From an uncultured cyanobacterium (GTDB lineage Bacteria > Cyanobacteriota > Cyanobacteriia > Cyanobacteriales > Nostocaceae), in the NCBI GenBank assembly GCA_963740315.1, contig CAVUDP010000002.1, positions 2,496,001 through 2,560,000 of the forward strand: DNA of 64,000 bases, given 5' to 3'. The position numbers were made by a program, and so were the translations under genes. Below are positions 41,871-52,995 of this stretch, piece after piece. The stretch's first letter is position 1, and every line of letters begins with the position of its first letter. The notes under the pieces were generated by a model. It was not told where the DNA came from. It saw only the letters and a list, made by a program, of their open reading frames with translations, and did no database searches.

Positions 41871-42912
41871 TCAGTCGCCAGGTAAATAATTAGAAAACAA
41901 CTTCCCAACTTCTACTAAATCAACATTTCCACCGCTAATAATTACGCCAATTCTCGCATCCGGATTTTTCACCACACCTTCTAACAAAGCTGCTGCGGCT
42001 AAAACTCCCGTGGGTTCGACAACTATTTTCAACCTTTCCCAAATAAAGAACATGGTGCGAATTATTTCTTCCTCCGATACTGTTACCCTTCGGGTTCGGC
42101 AGTCGCTCATGGGGGAAACCCCCAAGACCGCGCTGCCTCACCATATCATCTACATATTCCAACACCAGGGGAAAAGTTATCTTACCCAAACTTGCTGTTC
42201 TCGCACCATCAGCAATGGTATCTGGATTCTTGACAAATTGCAGAGTTCGTGAGTAAAACGAGCGAGTCGCATCATCTGCCCGTGCGGGTTCAACTCCGAT
42301 AACGCGACAATTTGGTAAAAGTGATTTGATGGCGATCGCGCAACCAGAAATTAAACCCCCACCACCACAGCAAACTAATAGTAAATCTAATTCACCAACT
42401 TCTTGAATTAGTTCTAAAGCAGTTGTTCCTTGTCCCGCAATTATGTGAGGATGGTCGAAAGGAGGAACAATAGTTAAACCTTTTTCATGGGCTAATTTTT
42501 GCGCTAATTCTTCTCTAGAAATTTGTTTTGGGTTATACAAAATCACTTCTGCACCATAACCGCGAGTCGCCGTTTGCTTGACTGCGGGGGCATTTTCTGG
42601 CATCACAATTGTGGTGGGAATATCGAGTATTTTTCCTGCTAGTGCGATTCCTTGAGCGTGATTTCCCGATGAAAAAGTCACCACGCCTTTGTATTTTTGT
42701 TCCTTCGATAGTTGTGAGAGTGCGTTATATGCACCGCGAAATTTAAAAGAACCCGTGCGCTGAAAGTTTTCGCACTTGAAAAACACGTTACTATTTGTAA
42801 TTTGATTTACTTTTGTCGAAGTTAAAACCGGAGTGCGATCGGCAATTCCATCAAGACGTTTGGCTGCTGCTTGGATATCAGCGATATTGACTAGATTATC
42901 TTGAGAAGCCAT
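41871..42912 (-). pseudogene. PLP-dependent serine/threonine (hydroxyaspartate) ammonia-lyase disrupted by a 55-bp insertion
   Basis: FKCENFQRTGSFKFRGA, SSGNHAQG and GGGGLISG motifs. The C-terminal VVEPTG...ISGGNVD is in a different frame. Confidence 0.9.
42085..42139 (-). mobile_element. 55-bp hairpin-rich insertion element
   Basis: GAGGCAGCGCGGTCTTGGGGGTTTCCCCCATGAGCGACTGCCGAACCCGAAGGGT. Removing it restores ATG GTA ACA GTA TCG (MVTVS). GGT occurs at both junctions. Confidence 0.85.
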
Positions 42913-42926
42913 AAAAATTTATTACT

Positions 42927-43051
42927 TAGGATTTACGTAACTGGCATATTTTTCCTGTAGGGTGTGTGACGCATTGAAGTAATTTGAACGTAGTTATAAG
43001 ACTTGTAGCGTCACGCACCAACGAGCAACTGTGACAATATCGTAAGTCCTA
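42927..43051. mobile_element. MITE-like shell enclosing a GTAG REP-like hairpin
   Basis: TAGGATTTACG ... CGTAAGTCCTA around GTAGGGTGTGTGACGC...GCGTCACGCACC. Confidence 0.55.
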
Positions 43052-43058
43052 TTAGTAT

Positions 43059-43586
43059 CTAAAAACAGTATTGATTTTCCGATCGACTAAAGTTCCATGT
43101 TTGAGGAAGTTCGCGATCGCAAACAGAACAAATAAATAGATTATCTTTAACAATGTTTATTTGACTGCAAGTACAACAGCGTCGAAAAATAAATTCGATG
43201 CTAAATAAAGAGGGGTGCGGAATCTTGATTAAATCGAGTGCTTCGACAACGTGCTGCCAAGAATCTGGCTTCGGACAAAAACCTGTTGATTGATTAGTAA
43301 TTTCAGCTACTTCCAATCCATTTTTACTTCTTTGAAAAAAGACTTCTCCTGCCGATCGCACCGATTTACCGCCAGCACAAGCAATATGTTCGGAATGTCT
43401 GTCGGCAATTCTCAAATAACCTTCGCAATCTATTACAAAAGTAGCTGCAATCAATCCCCAAGCGTCTGGCTGTTGTTTGGTTTCTCGAATCCAATTATCA
43501 ATATCACTAATTGATAAAATTTTACGTGCCGGTGGTAAATGTGCTGTCTTCTGTCGAATTTCATCGGCACCGACGTATTTATACAC
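43059..43586 (-). CDS. Hypothetical protein with a C-terminal CxxC...CxxC ribbon
   Basis: RHSEHIACAGG..V.SAGE, ITNQSTGFCP and CTC...CSVC. Confidence 0.7.
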   Translation of the reverse strand: MYKYVGADEIRQKTAHLPPARKILSISDIDNWIRETKQQPDAWGLIAATFVIDCEGYLRIADRHSEHIACAGGKSVRSAGEVFFQRSKNGLEVAEITNQSTGFCPKPDSWQHVVEALDLIKIPHPSLFSIEFIFRRCCTCSQINIVKDNLFICSVCDRELPQTWNFSRSENQYCF

Positions 43587-43689
43587 TTTTCAAAGCTTTT
43601 CTATAAATCTTGAAATACTAAGATAAAGACGGTGCGTTGCGCTTTGCGACAACACACCCTACGATTTCTTATTCCCTACTTCCTACTCC

Positions 43690-44706
43690 CTACTCCCTAC
43701 TCCCTTCATTAACTTTTTCTCTTTCCACAGCTTCAATTAAAGAACGCACCTGCATAGTACCTTCGGAAGGCTCAAACTTCAAAGGGAATTTACCTTTAGC
43801 CATCATTTTTAAACCGAGAGGCGCAATACTTAATAAACCTTTAATATCTTTAAAGTAATTACCCACAACCTGTAAACCAAATTGCCTCTCATCAATCCAA
43901 CCACCTTCTTTTACCAACTCAATCAATACTTTACGATGGCGAATCGAACGACTATCTCCTGCTTGTTTCGTTTCCAAAAGAGACTGCTTAATTTTACTAA
44001 TTTGGTCTAAAGGTGCTACATCCATCGGACAAACACTATTGCAGTAATAGCAACGAGTACAGCCCCAAACTCCTTTAGTACCCTCGTTGTATTGTTCCAA
44101 ACGATTTTCAGTTTCCGAGTCGCGCTTATCTTCTACCATTCTATAGGCTTTAGCAAGCGCGTGGGGACCGACAAAATCTGGATTTACCTCCAATGCATTG
44201 CACTCGGAGTAACAAGCACCACACATAATACAATTGCCAGTTTCCTCCAATTGCTCTCTTTCTTCTGGTGTTTGTAAAAACTCTCGTTCGGGTACTTTTC
44301 TTGCAGCAGTGCTGACATAAGGAGAAACAGTTTCTAAGCTGTTCCAGAAACCGCTCATATCAACAATCAAATCTTTTAGTACAGGCATATTACCCAATGG
44401 CGCGATCGTGATTTCAGGAATAGAATTCGCGCTATTTTGTGAGGATAGTTGTTGTCCAAATCGAGCAATTTCGCTGCCAACATTTTCTTTACAAGCCAAA
44501 GCCGAACGCCCATTAATTCGCATAGCACAACTACCACAAATTGTATTGCGGCAATTTTTGCGAAATGCTAAAGTCCCATCTTGCTCCCATTTAATCCGAT
44601 TAAGACAATCAAGGATTGTATTACCCTCTTGTACATCCAAAAGATAAGTTTGTACCGTAGGAGATATTTTTTGGGTTTGTCGAATTACTTTAAAATTAAC
44701 TTGCAT
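43690..44706 (-). CDS. sdhB: Succinate dehydrogenase/fumarate reductase iron-sulfur subunit
   Basis: CRNTICGSC, CIMCGACYSEC and CTRCYYCNSVCP motifs. The stop falls inside a (TCCCTAC)n STRR at 43671-43705. Confidence 0.95.
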   Translation of the reverse strand: MQVNFKVIRQTQKISPTVQTYLLDVQEGNTILDCLNRIKWEQDGTLAFRKNCRNTICGSCAMRINGRSALACKENVGSEIARFGQQLSSQNSANSIPEITIAPLGNMPVLKDLIVDMSGFWNSLETVSPYVSTAARKVPEREFLQTPEEREQLEETGNCIMCGACYSECNALEVNPDFVGPHALAKAYRMVEDKRDSETENRLEQYNEGTKGVWGCTRCYYCNSVCPMDVAPLDQISKIKQSLLETKQAGDSRSIRHRKVLIELVKEGGWIDERQFGLQVVGNYFKDIKGLLSIAPLGLKMMAKGKFPLKFEPSEGTMQVRSLIEAVEREKVNEGSRE

Positions 44707-46071
44707 TTTACCCTGTGTCCCAAATTTAAGTTTCCACCCTTGCTCGTTCAAGGAAATAATTTTTAATATAGTAGTTTACGAATTAGTAGGAGCTATTCTC
44801 TTACTGCCCCAATTTTAAGCTGATTTGAGTGACTAAATCATAAAAGATAATTTTGATTACGGTCTAAATGATAAATGTTTTAATTCCGTTGCAGAACAAA
44901 CTTAAAGCTTAAAAACTATTGCCCAACTGCCTTTAGCCCAGTTAAGCATAGAAAAAAAAGCGATCGGACACAGTATTAATATAAGTTTACTCTGTGCCTA
45001 ACGAATGACGGTCTGTTTTGCTCTTGGGCAGTTAAAACAAGGTCTTACCAACAAATCTTCGATCGCATTTTTGAAAATTTATCAAAATATACCAATCTGT
45101 TATAACTGCTTTATTATTCAACAACCACATTAATAATCTCTGACTATAACGACAAAAATCTTCATTCTTCTTATACTGTAATCAATAATGCTCGCTTATT
45201 ATAGAAGACTTGAACCAATTGATTAACATATCCGATAAATTAATTGCTTGTCAGAATTGTACATAAGACTCGCGTTACCGCAAATGAATATTCGGTGAAA
45301 GTGGGATATGTAACAATCAAACTGAAAACGGCTTCTCAAAGTTAGATGAATTTTTATAAAATAAAGAGAGGCAACACCTACCCCGTTGAGTTCAGAACAT
45401 TAGATAAAAGCATAACAGCAAAAATAATTAAAACTTAAACAATAATTTTGCTATTATTAGTCCATGTTAGTATTTAATATAAAATTATGAGGAAACAAAA
45501 TCATCATAAATTGCCGTACAAGTGCGGTAACTATGGCTTTGTTTCTTCGTAATCTAGGGGCATAAAAATTTTTGTCTCTACTGGCAGTATAAGAGGGTGT
45601 ATGCTTGTAATCTCTTAGTCAATACAATGTTGTCTGAAGCCATAGAGTAATGAATACGGAAAACGTTACAACTCTTATGGACAAAAAGACTTTGACTGAA
45701 AGTAAAATGTTTGCTGCCCCGATTGAGTCTGCTACTTATTTCTAGTAGGCTCGTGCAGTTTGTAAAAGCAAATTACAGTTAATTAGCTTTGTTTAAAGCG
45801 CCATTGAGAACAATTTTTCATTTGCGAATAGTAAACATAGGCTATCTTCTGTAAAAAATCACCCGAACTAATTCCGCTTACTAACAAAATTTATGAGTAA
45901 AATGTTGTGGAATACCACGAACATTAGCTCTCGGAATTAGACAAGCAGAAATCCAGGCTCAGTTAAAGTCTAAAAAAGCTTGATGTACTAATGTCAAAAG
46001 ATCGCCTTTAGATCGGGCATAAAACCGCATTATTTATCGCGAAAGCACAGTTTAAGGAAAATTTGAGTGTA

Positions 46072-46494
46072 ATGAGTGAAACAGCAACAGCGCCATTGAC
46101 AGGGAAAACACTGCTTGCAAAAGTAAAGGAATTATCGACTTTACCGAGGCGAGAAAGAGCAAAGCAGTGCGGTTATTACACTACTACTAAAAATGGTCAG
46201 GTAAGAGTTAACCTAACAGATTTTTACGATGCTTTGTTATCGGCTAGGGGAATTCCCTTAAGTCCGGAAACACCAAAAGATGGTCGTGGACGCGAACCGA
46301 CTTACAGAGTTAGCGTTCATCAAAACGGTCAAATTGTTATTGGTGCTACATATACCAAAGCAATGGGTTTAAAATCGGGCGATGAGTTTGAAATTAAGTT
46401 GGGATACAAACATATTCACCTAATTCAAGTCGATAGTGATAGAAGTCAAACCGACGAAGATTTAGAAGACGAAGAATTAGAAGAAGAAAAGTAA
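46072..46494 (+). CDS. calA: Cyanobacterial AbrB-like regulator (CalA/cyAbrB type)
   Basis: PLTGKTLLAKVKEL...GRGREPTYRVSVHQNGQIVIGATYTKAMGLK...KLGYKHIHL, followed by a CPBP protease gene. Confidence 0.85.
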   Translation: MSETATAPLTGKTLLAKVKELSTLPRRERAKQCGYYTTTKNGQVRVNLTDFYDALLSARGIPLSPETPKDGRGREPTYRVSVHQNGQIVIGATYTKAMGLKSGDEFEIKLGYKHIHLIQVDSDRSQTDEDLEDEELEEEK

Positions 46495-46507
46495 ATTTTT
46501 CTGATGT

Positions 46508-46548
46508 TAGGGATAAGTTTGAAGATAATATTTTAGAGCTTATCCCTA
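46508..46548 (+). terminator. Hairpin downstream of calA
   Basis: TAGGGATAAG...CTTATCCCTA. Confidence 0.45.
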
Positions 46549-46798
46549 CACTCATAGTAAAATAGTTGTTTTGGCAAATTTTTCAATTAATTTTGAACAA
46601 ATAAAATATGCCCAAACGATTATATTACTCTGGAAAAAATTAGCTATACGATCGAGTGAAAATAAATAAAGCAACTTGATTGCGAGTTGTAAAGGTGGAA
46701 ACAGAGAAGTATTTATGTAATTAATGCTTCTCTTTTCTATAACTGCATATTTTGGGTTAATTTTTTTCTGTAAATAAAGAATATTATTTTCGTTTATT

Positions 46799-47647
46799 TT
46801 GAAAGCTTTATTTGAACCGTTGATTAACAACTTAATGGGACAGTGGAAGGATGCGCCTCCTTTAATGGTGGTAGTGGCTTTTTTTATCGCTTGGATAGTA
46901 TGTTGGCTACCGATCGCATTAATTTTGACAAAAGTGCTGCACTATGCAAAGCAAGAGCAACCAGAGCAAAAAATTCCCCTAGTAGTTTCTCTTTATCTAT
47001 TAGCTCCTTTAATCCTACTGGTAACTAATTGGCTTACCCATGAATCTTTTTCAAGTTACGGTTGGATCTTCGATTTCTCAATTTTAAATTCACTCCTTTT
47101 GGGTTTTAGCTTCGGAGTGGTAAGTCTAGCTTTTGTATTCGGTTGTCAGCTTTATTTCGGTTTATGTAAGGTAAAAATATCGAATTTGAAATCGGTACCA
47201 TCCACATTATTTTTTGTAATGGCGATCGCCTTATTAGTGGGTGGCGTTGAAGAACTAGTGTTTCGAGGCTTTCTTTTCACTCAACTCGAACAAAGTTATT
47301 CAATTTGGGCAGCAGCAATAATTTCCAGTGTGATTTTTGCATTGTTACATCTGGTTTGGGAACAACGCGAAACAACTCCCCAACTACCAGGATTATGGTT
47401 AATGGGAATGGTTTTAGTATTAGCAAGATTTGCCGATAACGGTAGCCTGGGTTTAGCTTGGGGACTGCACGCAGGTTGGGTATGGTCGATAGCAGCTATT
47501 GATACCCTTGGATTAATTGATTACACCGAAAAAACATCTGAGTGGATAACGGGTAAAAATAACAAACCGTTAGCAGGCGTTGCGGGAATATTTTGTATGG
47601 GATTAACCGCAGTAGCTTTGTATGCGATCGGTTTTAATCTTGCTTAG
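46799..47647 (+). CDS. CPBP (CAAX/Abi) intramembrane metalloprotease
   Basis: EELVFRG, FALLH and GLHAGW motifs; multiple TM segments. Start uncertain. Confidence 0.88.
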   Translation: MKALFEPLINNLMGQWKDAPPLMVVVAFFIAWIVCWLPIALILTKVLHYAKQEQPEQKIPLVVSLYLLAPLILLVTNWLTHESFSSYGWIFDFSILNSLLLGFSFGVVSLAFVFGCQLYFGLCKVKISNLKSVPSTLFFVMAIALLVGGVEELVFRGFLFTQLEQSYSIWAAAIISSVIFALLHLVWEQRETTPQLPGLWLMGMVLVLARFADNGSLGLAWGLHAGWVWSIAAIDTLGLIDYTEKTSEWITGKNNKPLAGVAGIFCMGLTAVALYAIGFNLA

Positions 47648-47650
47648 TTA

Positions 47651-47788
47651 GTAGTAAGGGCTTTAGCCCTCTCGATCGAGAACTAAAATCCTTACTACAA
47701 AATCGAGAACTAAAGTTCTTACTACGAACCGAATTAGGACTAAAGTTCTTACTACGAGCCGAATCAGAACTAAAGTTCTTACTACGAG
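47651..47788. repeat. REP-like element with the right arm amplified four times (about 30-bp units, ACTAAAGTTCTTACTACGA)
   Basis: GTAGTAAGGGCTTTAGCCCT followed by four tandem units, between convergent genes. Confidence 0.8.
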
Positions 47789-47792
47789 CTAA

Positions 47793-48905
47793 TTATCCAA
47801 AAGGAACCAAACGTTTGAGAGCGCGACCTACAACGTCACCGTAACGTAATTGTCCGCATAGAATTTGACCCATAATTTGGCTACCAGTAGGACGTTTTAC
47901 ACCTGCTTTATAGCCAACACCTGGGAAGCGATAAAATGCACCTGCTAACTTTTGCGCCCAAGCCATATCAGCGCCCCATTCTTCAGCAATGACTTCAGTG
48001 TATTCTTCTAGCGCATTGGCATCGCCACCAAGGGCTTTATTAATAGCTTCGGCTGCTTTCATACCGCTAAAAATAGAAGGGCGAATCCCTTCTGCTGTCA
48101 TCGGATCGACTACACAAGCTGCTTCTCCAGCTAATACTGCATTTTGCGTGTGAAGTGTCTTTTGACCGTTCCATACACATACGGGATGACTGTACTCCTT
48201 ACAAGCAGCGACATCCACACCAAACATTGAACTGCAATCCTGAAAAATCTTTGTGAAATTACCAGGTTCTCCTCCAAGGAAGGTTGTAGCACCGATAGAC
48301 AAACCATCTGCTTTGGGGAAGCTCCAGATGTACCCATTTTTAATTGTGCCAAATTCAAACTGAATTTTAGATTTATCTTGTCCTGGTGCAGCAGGTGCTT
48401 CCAAAGCAGCAGCTAAACGACGTTTGGGTTCTTTAAAACCAAGCCATTTTGCCATTGGTCCGGCTGCGCCATCAGCTGCAATTAGGTAGCGTGCGGAAAA
48501 TGTACCATTTGCTGTATTTACGGACCAGCGATCGCTTTTAAACTCAATTGATTTTACTTCAGTACTATCTTTGAGTTCCGCACCTTTTTTCTGAGCTTGC
48601 TGAACTAGAAAATGGTCAAAAACATCTCGCTGTACCATCCATACTGGTTCGATGGTTTGTATTTTGGTTTCTATTGGATCTCCCTTTTTCCAAGTAAACT
48701 TGATGGTGTCTACCTTCATGGAAATTGCGGGACTAAAATCGAAGTCAAACCATTCGGCGATCGCAGGTGATACTCCACCGCCACAAGGTTTATACCTTGG
48801 TAAAGATTCCCTTTCTAAAACAAGTACCGAACGTCCTTGTTTTGCTAAATGATATGCAGCTGTTCCACCAGCAGGACCTGCGCCGACGATGATGCAATCG
48901 TACAT
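47793..48905 (-). CDS. Geranylgeranyl reductase-family FAD oxidoreductase
   Basis: IVGAGPAG, RYKPCGGG, IAADGA, GYIWSFPK and GEAA...P.TAEGI motifs. Confidence 0.88.
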   Translation of the reverse strand: MYDCIIVGAGPAGGTAAYHLAKQGRSVLVLERESLPRYKPCGGGVSPAIAEWFDFDFSPAISMKVDTIKFTWKKGDPIETKIQTIEPVWMVQRDVFDHFLVQQAQKKGAELKDSTEVKSIEFKSDRWSVNTANGTFSARYLIAADGAAGPMAKWLGFKEPKRRLAAALEAPAAPGQDKSKIQFEFGTIKNGYIWSFPKADGLSIGATTFLGGEPGNFTKIFQDCSSMFGVDVAACKEYSHPVCVWNGQKTLHTQNAVLAGEAACVVDPMTAEGIRPSIFSGMKAAEAINKALGGDANALEEYTEVIAEEWGADMAWAQKLAGAFYRFPGVGYKAGVKRPTGSQIMGQILCGQLRYGDVVGRALKRLVPFG

Positions 48906-49455
48906 ATAGTTAAGCTTTTGCTCCTTGATAGAGGGTGTATGTGGAAGGTCAAATCATAAATTGCGATCGATTTGATGACCTAAATCATCCGCCATTTTAA
49001 TCGCACTTACTTGTATTTATCTAAATATTTATTCTTAACTCCCTAGATTCATCAGTAAATATAACTATATTTAATTTTTACTTTTAATTTTTGCTTTTCT
49101 ATACTGATATGAATAAACATAATTTAAATCTGCTTATATGTAATTTAATTTACAGTTTGAGTTAAATGATTTGTATAACCCGTTAATAAATTACAATTAT
49201 TTCTTCGATCGATTAAAAATTTTTCGTTAAGTATGTCCGATATTTTATTAAGTTTGAGTAAATCTGTTTTAACTCTGCTATACCTGTTTGTCACGGATCG
49301 GTACTATTTTTTACAGAAAATAACTCAGTATTACGGAGCTTGAGAGTAGAATTAATGTAGAGGCTCGTCAAATAATCAAAATAAAAAGCCCAGAGCTAGA
49401 AGTTAATTAATAAAACATCCATAACTTCCAACTCTGCGCTCTACCAATTCACGAC

Positions 49456-50004
49456 TTAAACAGTTGTGATTTCTTTTTCTTTTTCTGCGAATAAATCGTC
49501 TATTTTAGTGGTGTACTTATTTGTCAATTTTTGCACTTCGTCTTGCAAATCTCGCGATTCATCTTCAGAAATTTCAGCGCTTTTTTCCTGTTTGCGAATC
49601 GAATCCAAGGCATCTCGGCGAATATTGCGGATAGCAACGCGCCCTTCCTCGGCATACTTAGAAGCGAGCTTGACAAATTCTTTACGACGTTCTTCAGTTA
49701 AAGGCGGAATATTCAACCTAATAACAGAACCGTCATTATTAGGAGTTAAACCCACATCGGACAAAGAAATGGCTTTTTCGATTGAACCCAAGCTACTTTG
49801 GTCGTAGGGTTGGATTGTCATGGTGGTAGCATCCGGCGTACTGATGTTCGCCAAAGACTTCAAACCTGTAGGCACGCCATAATATTCAACCATTATTTTA
49901 TCTAACAGACTCGCATTAGCGCGACCAGTGCGAATCGTATTGAAAGAACGTTGAGTAGACTCAACACTCTTTTGCATTGTACTTTCTGCTTCAGCTAATT
50001 TCAC
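49456..50004 (-). CDS. frr: Ribosome recycling factor
   Basis: [23 protein letters not shown] and [13 protein letters not shown] start at 50004 overlaps the pyrH stop region. Confidence 0.96.
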   Translation of the reverse strand: MKLAEAESTMQKSVESTQRSFNTIRTGRANASLLDKIMVEYYGVPTGLKSLANISTPDATTMTIQPYDQSSLGSIEKAISLSDVGLTPNNDGSVIRLNIPPLTEERRKEFVKLASKYAEEGRVAIRNIRRDALDSIRKQEKSAEISEDESRDLQDEVQKLTNKYTTKIDDLFAEKEKEITTV

Positions 50005-50719
50005 AAGAACCTCCCACAACGGTGCCAATAGATTCTCCCATGACTGCGCGGTGGATATTACCCCGCACATTCAAGTCAAAGACAAGAATTGGGATATCGT
50101 TTTCTTTACATAAGGCTATCGCAGTACTATCCATTACTCGCAAATCCTTATTTAAAACGTGTGCGTATGTTAGCGATTTGTAACGCTTAGCTTCGGGATT
50201 TTCATTTGGATCGGAATCGTAAACTCCGTCTACTTTCGTAGCTTTAAAAATCACTTCCGCATCGATTTCAGCTGCTCTTAATGCAGCAGTAGTATCCGTA
50301 GTAAAAAAGGGATTACCCGAACCCGCACCAAAAATAACCACCAGTCCTAATTCTAGATGACGGATGGCTTTACGACGTATATAGGGTTCGGCTACTTCTT
50401 GCATTGCGATCGCGGTTTGTAGGCGCGTCTGTACGCCTATTCGTTCGAGGGATTCTTGCAACGTCATGGCGTTCATGACTGTAGCAATCATTCCAATGTA
50501 GTCAGCAGTAGCTCTATCCATACCTGCCGAGGCTGCTTTCATGCCGCGAAATATATTTCCGCCTCCTACTACTATGGCAAGCTGAACGCCAGTGGCTACA
50601 ACCTCTTTTACTTCTGAAGCTATAGAATTAACCACTTCGGGATCGATCCCGTAGCCCATACTGCCCATTAAGGCTTCACCGCTCAGTTTAAGTAAAACCC
50701 GTTGGTAACCTGTTCCCAT
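49991..50719 (-). CDS. pyrH: Uridylate kinase
   Basis: [19 protein letters not shown] and [15 protein letters not shown] motifs. Confidence 0.97.
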   Translation of the reverse strand: MGTGYQRVLLKLSGEALMGSMGYGIDPEVVNSIASEVKEVVATGVQLAIVVGGGNIFRGMKAASAGMDRATADYIGMIATVMNAMTLQESLERIGVQTRLQTAIAMQEVAEPYIRRKAIRHLELGLVVIFGAGSGNPFFTTDTTAALRAAEIDAEVIFKATKVDGVYDSDPNENPEAKRYKSLTYAHVLNKDLRVMDSTAIALCKENDIPILVFDLNVRGNIHRAVMGESIGTVVGGSCEIS

Positions 50720-50787
50720 GAAGTTAAGCTTTATCCAAAATTTGTATGCCTCCAATTTAAGATATCAGTCTCCTACACTATCTGTCT

Positions 50788-51339
50788 CTAATTTCGCCAT
50801 ACCAAACTACTACCCTTAGCTTCTGTCTCGGTGACGCGGATTTTTTCTCCTTTTAATAAAGAGGTGACTGCATTCTTCAGATAAGCTTTTTCTGTTGAAG
50901 CAGGCGAATGAGCATTGCCATCAATTTGACCTTTGTAGCGTACAATACCATCTTTATCTATTAAAAATGCCATTGGTGTTTTGGTGGCACCAAAGCTACG
51001 AGTCACATCTTGTGTTGAATCCCATAAGTAAGGGAAATTTAATTGGTGATGTCTTGCAAAAGCTTTCATATTTTCAAGGCTTTCGTTAGCGTCGTTTTGG
51101 GCAATGTTGCCATTGACTCCAATCAGCGTGAAGCCACTACCAAATTCTGTTTGTAATTTTTTTAATTTATCTATATACAACCCTACATAGGGGCAGCGGT
51201 TGCACATAGAAATTACGCCAACTGCACTCCATTTATCTAAATAACGTCTTAGATGGTGTACTTGGCTATCAATTCCTGGCAGTTCAAAATCAGGTGCGTA
51301 TTTTCCTATGGGGGTATCCATTGTTTCTAGTACACTCAT
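50788..51339 (-). CDS. Thioredoxin-fold (AhpC/TSA-like) protein
   Basis: APDFELPGID, CNRCPYV, FPYLWD and GATKTP motifs. Confidence 0.85.
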   Translation of the reverse strand: MSVLETMDTPIGKYAPDFELPGIDSQVHHLRRYLDKWSAVGVISMCNRCPYVGLYIDKLKKLQTEFGSGFTLIGVNGNIAQNDANESLENMKAFARHHQLNFPYLWDSTQDVTRSFGATKTPMAFLIDKDGIVRYKGQIDGNAHSPASTEKAYLKNAVTSLLKGEKIRVTETEAKGSSLVWRN

Positions 51340-52086
51340 ATTCTCGGTTGCTGGAAGGAACTGGAAACAGCAAAACACATTTTTTGTGTGGGCGTACCGC
51401 GTCCCATTTCAAGCCACCCTCTGTATAGATGCTTAACTGATATCCGATATTTAATAATTTTATAGTTTGCAGTCAATTGTCGTAAATTGTAAAACTACTG
51501 AATCCACAGAGAATATTGTCTTGGATGTGGATTTAATAATTTCGATATTTTTTAGATTTTCTTTTCTATTAATCGCGATCGGGCAAATTTTTTATTCCAA
51601 GCATTTTAAAACCGCGATTATTCACATAAGCAGTATGCCCCAGCAGTTTTGGAACCGTGTTTCTCTATTTTCTACATCAATTTTTTGCTTCATAAGTTGT
51701 CGTAATAAAATATTTATTTCAAATTTATCCCGATCGATTATCTTGAATTTGCTTGAATTTATTTAAATTAATCTCAGTAATAATACCGTAGTTGATTTCT
51801 AAGTAAGTTACTTCACATATGGATCGTTCAGCTATTGTTAAATTTTGTGTAGTAATAGAATCTTTACAGATTTTAGATGATAGGGACGGGCTATAAGCTT
51901 AGACACGTTGCTCGAAAAAACTCCTTGAAGGTAAAAATACTAGCTTTCTAAGAATCAGAATAATGAGTAAACTTGTTGTATCTATAAGCAAAAAATAGTA
52001 ATAAGACTTGTTTTTGGAAACAAAATTTGGAATTCCTGGGACAATACTCTCTTTGCGTTTATTAATATATATAAAATTGAAATTCT

Positions 52087-52995
52087 ATGAGTACAACTAC
52101 AACCACCCCAGTATTTAGCTCAACAAAAACCTGGATGTGGCAGGGTTTTCCTATTTGCTATCAAACTCAAGGAACTACTGGCTCTGCCGTTGTTTTGATA
52201 CATGGCTTTGGTGCTTCTTGGGGACATTGGCGAAAAAATATCCCCGTGCTGGCAGAAAATTGTCGGGTTTACGCGATCGACTTAATTGGGTTTGGGGGTT
52301 CAGCTAAACCCAAACCGGGTGAAGAAATTGCTTACACATTTGAAACTTGGGGACAGCAGATTGCTGATTTTTGCCGGGAAGTGGTGGGTGAATCTGCTTT
52401 TTTAGTAGGAAATTCTATTGGCTGTATAGTAGCAATGCAAGCGGCAGTAGATAATCCAGAGATTGCCTTGGGTGTGGCGTTGCTCAACTGTTCTCTAAGA
52501 CTTTTGCACGAACGCAAGCAAGCGGAGTTACCGTATTATCGACGTATGGGAGCGCCTTTACTACAACGTATACTATCTATCGAATCAGTTGGTGAATTCT
52601 TTTTTAATCGAATTGCCAAACCCAAAACCGTGCGTTCGATTTTGCTGCAAGCTTATCCGCTGGGTGAAGCTGTGACAGATGAATTAGTAGATATTTTAAT
52701 GGCACCAGCGAGCGATCCAGGTGCGGCGGCTGTATTCTTAGCGTTTACAGCTTATTCGAGCGGTCCGCTAGCAGAAGACTTGTTACCCGTGCTACCGTGT
52801 CCGGCTATAATTTTATGGGGAACCGCCGACCCTTGGGAACCTGTAGAATTAGGTAGAAAGCTGGCTGAATATCCGCAAGTAACTAAATTTATACCTTTGG
52901 AAGGAATAGGACATTGCCCTCAAGATGAAGCCCCAGAATTGGTAAATCCTATTTTACAAGATTGGATTTTGGAGCTTTCTTCACAATTGGATTAA
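52087..52995 (+). CDS. Alpha/beta hydrolase
   Basis: LIHGFGAS, GNSIG nucleophile elbow, WGTADP and GHCPQDE. Confidence 0.9.
   Translation: MSTTTTTPVFSSTKTWMWQGFPICYQTQGTTGSAVVLIHGFGASWGHWRKNIPVLAENCRVYAIDLIGFGGSAKPKPGEEIAYTFETWGQQIADFCREVVGESAFLVGNSIGCIVAMQAAVDNPEIALGVALLNCSLRLLHERKQAELPYYRRMGAPLLQRILSIESVGEFFFNRIAKPKTVRSILLQAYPLGEAVTDELVDILMAPASDPGAAAVFLAFTAYSSGPLAEDLLPVLPCPAIILWGTADPWEPVELGRKLAEYPQVTKFIPLEGIGHCPQDEAPELVNPILQDWILELSSQLD

Noticed and set aside
41871..42125. 84-aa ORF as an independent gene
   Set aside because: It is the out-of-frame C-terminus of the ammonia-lyase, with its start taken from the 55-bp insert
44707..46071. Intergenic region of about 1.36 kb between sdhB and calA as a possible ncRNA or hidden gene
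   Set aside because: No ORF of 60 aa or more, no recognisable structured RNA or repeat; consistent with an extended divergent regulatory region
46552..46830. AT-rich ORFs in intergenic DNA (also 32785-33042, 51467-51766, 62570-62782)
   Set aside because: Low-complexity F/I/L/K-rich composition, no RBS or motifs; likely spurious
47670..47788. Second CRISPR-like array of about 30-bp units
   Set aside because: Head-to-tail tandem units with no real spacers; same REP-like family
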